Source: Azolla caroliniana (taxonomy: Eukaryota > Plantae > Polypodiophyta). From it: 64,000 nt of DNA. Shown here piece by piece: positions 55,931 through 64,000 of this stretch (position 1 is the first letter of the stretch; every line of letters begins with the position of its first letter). The stretch covers positions 20,646,001 through 20,710,000 of the forward strand of contig JBHGNT010000011.1 in the NCBI GenBank assembly GCA_043228905.1, read 5' to 3'. The notes beneath the pieces were generated by a model. That model had not been told where the DNA came from, searched no databases, and worked only from the letters and a program-made list of their open reading frames with translations. Made by a program: the position numbers and the translations under genes.

Positions 55931-56007
<77 letters not shown>

Positions 56008-57011
56008 GTGTTCTACACCTTCTTTTCCTTTTAGTACTAATCTTCATCTCTTAGTACTAATCTCCTCTCTGTCTCAATACTAATCCTGATAGTTTGAACC
56101 GATTTTCCTTCCTTCCTCCTCTTCCTTTTACCTTCTTACTTCTCCCTCCCTTCATACTAATCTCTTATTCCTCTTTTCTCTCATACTATGGCCACTATTA
56201 GCACTCAAGAATATCAATCCGTTTTCTCGGAGTTGCAGAGTTGCAATGCTTGAAAGAGAAGTTTCTCGCATTGGAACAAGAAAATCAACGATTGTTGGGG
56301 GATCTTCAACAAATCTCCTTAGAAAAGCAGTTGGCGCAACAACATGAGGAACTAGCATTACACGTGCAATAGCTCGAGCGATCATTGTGGCGTTGCAACA
56401 ACAAGGACCAAGTACGCAAGGGATTCATAAAGAACCCAAGATCGGCCTTCCTATGAAATTCAATGGAACGCAATCACAGTTTAGAGGATTCCTTAATCGG
56501 GTACGATTAGTCATTCAAATGCATCCTTCCCGATATCCCACCGATGCATCACAAGTGGGTCTAGTAGGCACGTTGTTAAGTGGCTCAACTTTGGCATGGT
56601 TCGCCCCGTTGTTAGAAAAGGAATCTCCATTACTAAACAATTTTGAAGAGTTTATAAGTGAGTTTAAAACCTGTTTTGGAGATACTAATAGCATAAGGAC
56701 AACAATCAACAAAATCCGACGATTATGTCAAGGTAACCGTCCAACCTCCGCATACGTTTCAGATTTCCATCTACTTTCCTTCGATATCCCCTAGGATGAC
56801 CAAGCATTAATGAAGAAATTTCATTATGGCCTACGTAACGATGTCAAAGATTTACTCTTGACCTTCCCCAAAGAACCAAAGTCATTTATAGAAGCAACCA
56901 GTCGCGCAGTACGATACGATAACCGCCTCTTCGAACGACATTATGAACGTGAGTTTCAAATATCGAGGGCAAGATCAAAGCCCACCTACGCTTCAATTGT
57001 AGCAAAGCCTT

Positions 57012-57728
57012 TGTCGGGAACTCAACGCTCCTTTTGCACAACGCTCGGCCACAACCGAGCTTAGAATCATACACAGAAAACAGGAAACGGAAAAAACACG
57101 ACACAAAGGAGAGAAAAGGTGCACATGATGTTTACGTGGAAAACCCAAACTAAGGGAAAAACCACGGCAGCCCACAGGCTGCAAACTATCACTATGTTGG
57201 AATGTACAAACAGTGAGTTCACGGAGGCAACGACCTCATGCTCACGATCTTCGCCACAGGCGGCGGTTACAACAGAGGCAGCGACCTCTTTCTCTCTCTC
57301 TCTCTCTATACATTGTTACGTGCTCTCTCTTCTTCTTCTTGCACCAACAAGAAAAATGACAACAACAGTTACTATAAGTTTGCCCTATTAAGTCATATTT
57401 ATACTAATATGACTTTTCGGCTATTTACAAATATAGCCTCGATGGGCTCTCAGAAACATATTTACGAATATGTCTCTTCGTCCGGTGAGCAATCCTCACC
57501 GGGTCAGCACCATCCGGCTCTCCGTAACTGGGTACTTCTCATCCGGTTCTCACCGGGTCTGCACCATCCGGCTCTCCGTAGCCGGGTACTCCTCATCCGG
57601 ATCTCACTGGGTCTGCACCATCCGGCTCTCCGTAGCCGGGTACTCCTCATCCGGATTCGGCCTCGGCCGAGTTTGTTTATCGACATTGTTCTTCTCTCTT
57701 CCCATCCGGAGGGACCTGTCTCCCAACA
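57012..57728. mobile_element. Solo LTR of an unrelated family inserted in the gag of copy A
   Basis: Termini tgtcggga...tcccaaca with TSD GCCTT at 57007-57011 and 57729-57733. Removing it restores gag AKPFLRE. Contains three tandem repeats of about 51 bp at about 57495-57657. Confidence 0.9.
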
Positions 57729-57766
57729 GCCTTTCCTAAGGGAGTCATTTAATACATCTCCAACAA

Positions 57767-58106
57767 ATACTCCGACTCCAATGGAAATTGACACCACACG
57801 TCGTCGCGGACCACTATCGAAAGAAGAAAAGCAACGATGTCGGGCAAATCGACTCCAACAAAGGTTCGGGTGTTAATTGTCACACCTGCAGATGACAATT
57901 ACATGGGGCACCAATTCTAGATTGGTAAAGTATGACACATACTCCGACTCCAATGGAAATTGACACCACACGTCGTCGCGGACCACTATCGAAAGAAGAA
58001 AAGCAACGACGTCGGGCAAATCGACTCCAACAAAGGTTCGGGTGTTAATTGTCACACCTGCAGATGATAATTACATGGGGCACCAATTCTAGATTGGTAA
58101 AGTATG
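57767..58106. repeat. Tandem duplication (about 170 bp x2) spanning the gag / unknown-ORF junction
   Basis: atactccgactccaatggaaattgacacc...gattggtaaagtatg occurs at about 57767 and about 57939. Confidence 0.92.
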
Positions 58107-58404
58107 GGTGTCATGATATGGCAAGATTCAAACCCATGACCTTATGTTACATGGGTCGAGCTCTTGACCATTAGACTATATATTGTAATACGAAGGATAT
58201 TATTTTCATTTAAGTTTTACTATAGAAAATAGATGTATATTCCAGATTTCTCTAGAACATTCTAGAAACTTCAGGAGTACTCCTAAGAACACTACAAAAG
58301 GAGGCACAAGGCATTATTTCGAACCAAATAGATTCAACGTCAGTCTTAAACCTCCTAGCTACTACTGTATATTCTCTTAACATAATATATATCTTTTGTT
58401 ATCA

Positions 58405-58479
<75 letters not shown>

Positions 58480-58988
58480 CTCGATCTCGATCTCGATCTT
58501 TCTCACTCACTCACTCTTTCCTTCTCTCGAGAGTTCGACACCTCCCTTAGTACTAATCCTCATCTTTTAGTACTAATTCCTTCTCTGGCTTAGTATTGTT
58601 CCTGACAGTACTTATCTGTCTTAGTTTTGTTCCTGACAGTACTTCTCTGTCTTAGTTTTGTTCCTGACAATTGGATGTGGTGATGCATGAAAACCATAAT
58701 CGAATAAAGTCTACAAAGGTGCATTGGTACAACACTAAAAGCAAGAATGCATTTACAGGCAAGTATACATTGGAGATGATGGAATGCCCAACGTCAAGAG
58801 GAAATAGAAAGTGGAAAAGAAATATCCATAACATATCGACCCTTGACATGCAAGAGGTGGATATCATTGTGTACGACTTTACATTGACAAAAGTTGGACG
58901 CTTAAGGAAGTCAACAATAGACATAATAAAATTGAAATTGCCAAGTCTACAAGGCTTCTCAAATCGAATGCGAACCAAAAACACATGA
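58035..58988 (+). pseudogene. C-terminal fragment of an unidentified, probably DNA-transposon-associated protein, interrupted by the solo LTR
   Basis: Reconstituted frame VRVLIVTPADDNYMGHQF*IGKVLDVVMHENHNRIKSTKVHWYNT...IIVYDFTLTKVGRLRKSTIDIIK looks protein-like. The family could not be assigned from memory. Confidence 0.5.
58109..58669 (+). mobile_element. Solo LTR of the chromovirus family with a triplicated 3' terminus
   Basis: Starts tgtcatgatatggcaag and has gttcctgaca ends at 58607, 58638 and 58669. Flanks are ATGGG/ATTGG (TSD with one mismatch), there is no PPT upstream, and excision restores IGKV-LDVVMHE. Confidence 0.82.
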
Positions 58989-61900
58989 TTTGGAGATACA
59001 ACATTTTCTTTTAGATGAAGACAACGCTTTGATTGGTACATCAGATGAGGAGGAGGATGAGTCACCATTGTATACTACGCTCTATAATAGTGATTCATAT
59101 GAGAGGAATAACTCTTGATTGTATTCTTGGCATGAACAGTAACAATATAAGCTTGTCAAAACTCGAATGATATAAAGCTTAATTATTTTTAAAACAATCG
59201 CTCCGTATGAATATTGTTTGTTATCAAAAACATGAGTTGTTATTTTTACGGTAAAAAACATGGTGTAAATTTGTGAAATTTGCCTAATTTTGTGAATTTT
59301 CAATTTTATGAAATGATGAGATTTTAAGCTTTTCCATTGAGTCTTTGTGCACATGTGATACAGGTATCACATGTTTTGTGAGATGGTTAAAAAAACCCTA
59401 AAATCAAACGAAATATTCCTTATCTTTCCAATTGTGTGCAATCCTTCCACTTCGAAACACGAATGTGTTTTAACCACGAGCAAGCCTACCACTACAAAGA
59501 GACACTCACTTCAAAGTAGTTACAACATCTAGCATTTTCCATTCAACTCAACATATGAGAATTGTTTCATCTTCAAAGAAAATAAGTATTGTATCCTTAT
59601 CATGATCATGGTCATTTCCATGAAACCCACTATAGTGGTGGAAACATCACATTTGTACAATGTCCAACTCCCAATTGTCAAAATTTATGGCAATGATAAT
59701 GTTTCATTATTCAGCAACGATATGAGCTTTTATACAAGCCACTTTCAACCATTACTCTTTCTAAGTTGCTTAATGAATATCATTTAAGAAGACAACCATA
59801 ACAACCCACCCTTAACATGACCTCACTCTCCTCTCAATCATCCGAAAGATTCCATCTTGCTCCATGTTCTAACATTTACCCTAGTTAAAATTCACACATG
59901 TCGGGTAGGGCGATCTTTGTCCTTACACATGTACATTAGTTACACCTGAAAGCAAAATATTTCTCAAAAGCTTTAGTTCAAAGTAATAACAACCTTAGTT
60001 TAGGTGATTGGTTATGTAATTCTATTGATTGAGAAATCAATGGGTATTAGCGTATGTGATGTCACAACATAAAGTTGATCTGGGTTTCATGATTTTAAGA
60101 TGGATTGATTGGTAAAGCAATTTATGTATGTGAATATAATAGGAATAAAATCTACTTTTTATGTTATTATGTTGCTAGGTACAATCAGATCTACATGAAA
60201 AATAGATTTCTGAAGTCATTTTTGTTTAAAGAAGTTGTGTTTTTTGACCAATCCCTTGTCTTTCTTCCCATCTTGTTATGTGAGATCAATTCTAACATCT
60301 CTATTCGAGAAATAATTAATAATGTTCATCTTTCTCCCTTCCTTCGAGGAATTTAAAAACTTTATGCATTGAACAAAAAGGAATTTAGAAATTCAATGTC
60401 CTCAAACATATTAATATCCTTGAGCGCAACAATAGGGAGAGTATGTGTTCCATATGAAGATACCACATGAGTCAATCATTTCAATACCTCAAGTCTTCCC
60501 AAGTACATTCTTTAATCAAGAAATCTCCCTTTTATTGACGAGGTACCATCAAACTCTCTTACATTCATAACCTAATAGTTATGGGCTACATGTTTCTTTT
60601 ATGTTAGGAATTCAACTTAAAATCCCATCACATCATCAAGCTATGTTTAAAAAATGATGATATACATGTTGTCAAACATTTCCAATGTCAAGCCATTACT
60701 AAACTTGAGAAATGTAAGAAATGAAAGCCTTTAGGTCTGGGTAACCATAAAAGAAGTTTGACCAACAACATCCATAAAAGAGAAGTTCTAAATTCTGATC
60801 GACAATATGCCTGATCTTATATAATTGTAGGTACATATATAAATCCATAAATACATGCTTGAATGATGGTTGTACAGGGTTTTCTAGACTTCTAGGTTTC
60901 AATATTTTAGCAAAAGTATATATGTTATTGTTGTTGGGGTGTGTGTGTGTATGGAAATTAGTAAGATGAATTATACTAAAATGACTAATTGTCCATGACA
61001 ATGGCCTATCAACTACAAGTCTACATCTACATAAACAATTATTGGTCCTCTCTTATTTAAAGAGTTTATTCAATGACCTTGAAAATATCATAACTCTAGC
61101 TGGAAAATATATGCATAGCCACACAAATTTGTTGTCGAGAATCTTAGGTTTATATTAGGGATAACCTAAACAAGACTTCTTAAAGTGATTGAACCACTAT
61201 TTACTTGAATAAGACAAAAATGCACATGTAAATGCAACTTACCATATGTGATGAAGACGATATATAGGAATATATGCTAGTTTTGGCATCAATATTATGA
61301 ATGCTTATATTTTGCTTTAAAGCTCCCAAAGGTGTGTCCAATGGTTTAGATAATACTATGACTTTGCAATAGTGGTACTATACTTCCCAATTGTTTGTGC
61401 CTCAAGGTTTCAATCATACATTGCATGAAAATACCCCTTTGTGCATTATCATTTGCAATCTACTACTTTAATGCCAATTCACGCCACTATTGTATATTGG
61501 TCTTCCGCACTTTTGCTTGTTATGCCTCCATATACAAATTTAGGTTAGTGACTTGGATTTACTTATGATAGGGACCACAAGAAAAATGAATGAGAGTAAT
61601 GTCACCTTCAATTTTCTTGAGTAGAGGAAACAATGTGATCTTGAAATTTTGAGTAGGCAAAAATTCTTGATAATCAATATCTACATAGTCCAAAACTAGA
61701 ACTATGTTATCCATTAGTTTGGATCCATTAGAAATACAAATAATAGCTTCAAGAATCATGGCCAACACTTCTCACATGTAAACCATGGACATTCATTGTT
61801 ACACATGTTGTGGATTGATTCACATGTGGCTATTTCTCATTAAAATATACAAGTGCTTCCTTCTCCTCTTGGACCTCTACCTCATCTAGCCTTTCAACTC

Positions 61901-64000
61901 ACAAAATAAAATGTTTAACTTTCTACAAAATGTTTACAATGTTGTTTTAGGACAATGTTAACTTGTAGTAGTATAGTAGGGTAGAGATTCCACATACATC
62001 GATTCTTGAAGCAAATAAACCAAGAGTTTCAAAAATAAAAACTGCATAAAAGAATATAGCGTACGCCGTACAATCAAAAGATATTATGGCAACATAAGCT
62101 ATGTATAGATGATTACAAAGCATGTTAGTTGCATCATTGATCATTGTTAGAATACTCCGCAAATGGTCAAAAGGTGTGAATGCTTTTCCTAGACCTTTTC
62201 TAGTATATCGATAACATTAACTCTCGTTTTCGTGTCTCCTTGATATTCTTGTTATGTGAATGATCTTGCCAATGTGTGATCAATCTCATGTTTTCGAGTA
62301 AAAATGGGCTTCCAATATTTGGCTCTAAGGATATCACAATTCATGGTCCTCTCTTGAAATAATCGGTGTCATCTACTTACTAATGCATTGTGCATCTTGT
62401 AGCACAGTGACATAATTTCTCAATGAAAATTATGATTGTTGCCCCCTCCCCCCAACTTGACTAAAGATATTATTCAAAAGAGATGATATTCAACATGTTA
62501 TTCAAAATAGTCGGGAACCATCAACAATGTTATCAGCCCTCGGGTCAATTTCAATGAAAGGGAACACTTTTTGCCACTTCTTGATATCCACATGCATATT
62601 GGACTTCGCAATGTCAATTATTCAAATATTTTCTTGCATCATTGACTACACATGTCAGCACAAAAGAGTCAATCAAGACCCATTAGTTGAATCCTAAGAC
62701 CAATAGGAAGCAAATTAATACACAATAGGGGATTGGTATCCAACTATGCCTGTGACTAGTGTCACTTTGAAGGAGTCGTAGCAAAAGTAGTGTAGGAGGT
62801 GCCTAGATTAGAGTTAAGAAAATGAGCTTGCATGGAAATGGATATATCATGTAATAAAGGCTTGATAGTTGCAACTAGGCATGTTTAGGTCTCAATGGAA
62901 GTCGACGTTGGGGTCTATTGTTGTCTTGATGAATCTCTCTTTTAATCAATCATCCAAAGAGTGATGGAAAGTGAGAGTGAATTAAGTCTTGGATCAATAC
63001 TTGAATGTATGAAACATTATCATTACCGTAGGTTTTGGTGAATATAGTACCATAGCCATAATGTTCACCGATAATAGTATGCGCACTTCCTCTCATAAAA
63101 CCGCATCATTTCATTTTTCATGGAGATTTGCTATAAATCCTACATTCAAAGCACAAAAATTTTCCATCACTAATTGTCATGAGGCCCATGACAAATAATG
63201 TCTCTCAATTTCTAACTATCATCGAGTATTACAATCTTGTATTTACTATTATATCCCAAGTATATTATATGGATGTTACCTCAACCAACTATATTCAAGA
63301 TAGCTAGAATGCATGATGACATGAGTATTTGTTGAATAATATAAAAATGTGAAATGAAAAAGTGATAGTGTTCCCAATAAAGGAATTTGAAACACAATAT
63401 AATCTTGAGCAAGATCATGATTAAAGTTGTTGGAGTTTGTCCAAGATATTAATTCATCATGTTATGGTTGCCTTGTCAACACTAGTGTCACTATATTATT
63501 TACTATCAAAGGCCATCTTATTTGTACATATTTACAAGTAGCCTTATATGAATATGTTTGCATTTTTAGGAATTAAGTGTAGCCTTATGTTTGTCATCTT
63601 TTCATATAGAGCATTTATTTGGTTATCGTCCTTGTCACTAAATGTCATCTAATTAACATATATAAGTAGCATGTGGGAGTTGCAAATATGAATGATAATA
63701 GTCTTAACTTGCATATCATCAACTTGTGCTCAAAATGGAATTGTTGCATATCATATGAGAATTTGATTGTTTAATATTATCATATAACATGCCTAAAGGA
63801 GCCCATGTGGCAAAGGTTGGGATTCGATGCCCATCCACTTGTCCAACGCTTTAAAAAAATGTGTGTTGGAATGTAATGAAGGAGTTGAATGTGTTTCAAC
63901 GTATGACAAATGATTTTGTTTTCAATCTACAAGAATGTTCAAAATTTTAGTATTACCATCAATAGGCAAATAGCATAAATATATATTTAAGCCTAGTCTT

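Larger units (their letters stand above)
48261..55933 (+). mobile_element. 5'-truncated LINE (RTEX-like; APE endonuclease, RT, CCHC), split into 48261-48434 and 52857-55933
   Basis: The reading frame runs across the LTR insertion (PTFVVGCY|IPHQDSNFY...VIVFGDMN). Motifs: SVIDYVL, NNYRTI, FVDFKKTFDMV, GVKQGCPLSPTLF, LLYADDVVL and HALRCETGRW...CTLC...ESEYHTLIQC. The 3' end is taatctatctatc running into (CT)n. The clade call rests on motif recognition only. Confidence 0.88.
47932..57860 (+). mobile_element. Chromoviral Ty3/gypsy copy A: 5' LTR split into 47932-48260 and 55934-56091, gag about 56180-57860, 3' part lost
   Basis: The two LTR halves join at a (CT)n tract and match the LTRs at 48435-48940, 52378-52856 and 58109-58607. 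gag (EPKIGLPMKFNGTQSQFRGFL...[16 protein letters not shown]) is homologous to 51151-52290. Confidence 0.85.

Noticed and set aside
57495-57657. CRISPR-like array
   Set aside because: Head-to-tail repeats without unique spacers, in a eukaryotic LTR, with no cas genes.
57238-57876. 212-aa ORF
   Set aside because: A chance read-through of solo-LTR tandem repeats into the gag tail, not a coherent protein.
47932-58607. Treating the LTRs at 47932 and 58109 as the two ends of one intact element
   Set aside because: The outer flanks (CATAT versus GTACT/ATTGG) do not form a TSD, there is no PPT before 58109, and that LTR has its own near-TSD and interrupts an unrelated ORF.
59400-64000. Possible decayed LTR-retrotransposon internal sequence on the minus strand
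   Set aside because: Only faint gag-like hints (about 60.9 and 61.5 kb) and no diagnostic motif that I can support without a profile search.

Overview
AT-rich eukaryotic nuclear DNA from a land plant. A fern or other seed-free plant is my inference from the TE families, not proven. Four intact-looking host genes: a single-exon double-trihelix transcription factor (12074-13582 +), a 6-exon HDHD3-like HAD hydrolase (21898-23726 +), a 5-exon clade-E-like PP2C (35830-41295 +) and an intronless oleosin (43149-43751 -). The intergenic space holds a decayed L1-type LINE (about 2.4-8.25 kb, -), a PPR pseudogene, MITEs and tandem duplications. At 47.9-59.4 kb there is a nested TE cluster: a chromoviral Ty3/gypsy (+) whose 5' LTR was split at its (CT)n tract by an RTEX-like LINE, which was then interrupted by a second copy of the same chromovirus family (-, TSD GTTAC). 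Two solo LTRs with 5-bp TSDs follow. The most interesting signals belong to this chromovirus family: no tRNA primer site but a PBS complementary to its own predicted 5' end (Tf1-like self-priming), an antisense tRNA-like A-box/B-box cassette at the U3 tip of every LTR, and a PEG10-like -1 frameshift signal. All coordinates were read by eye and no database searches were run.
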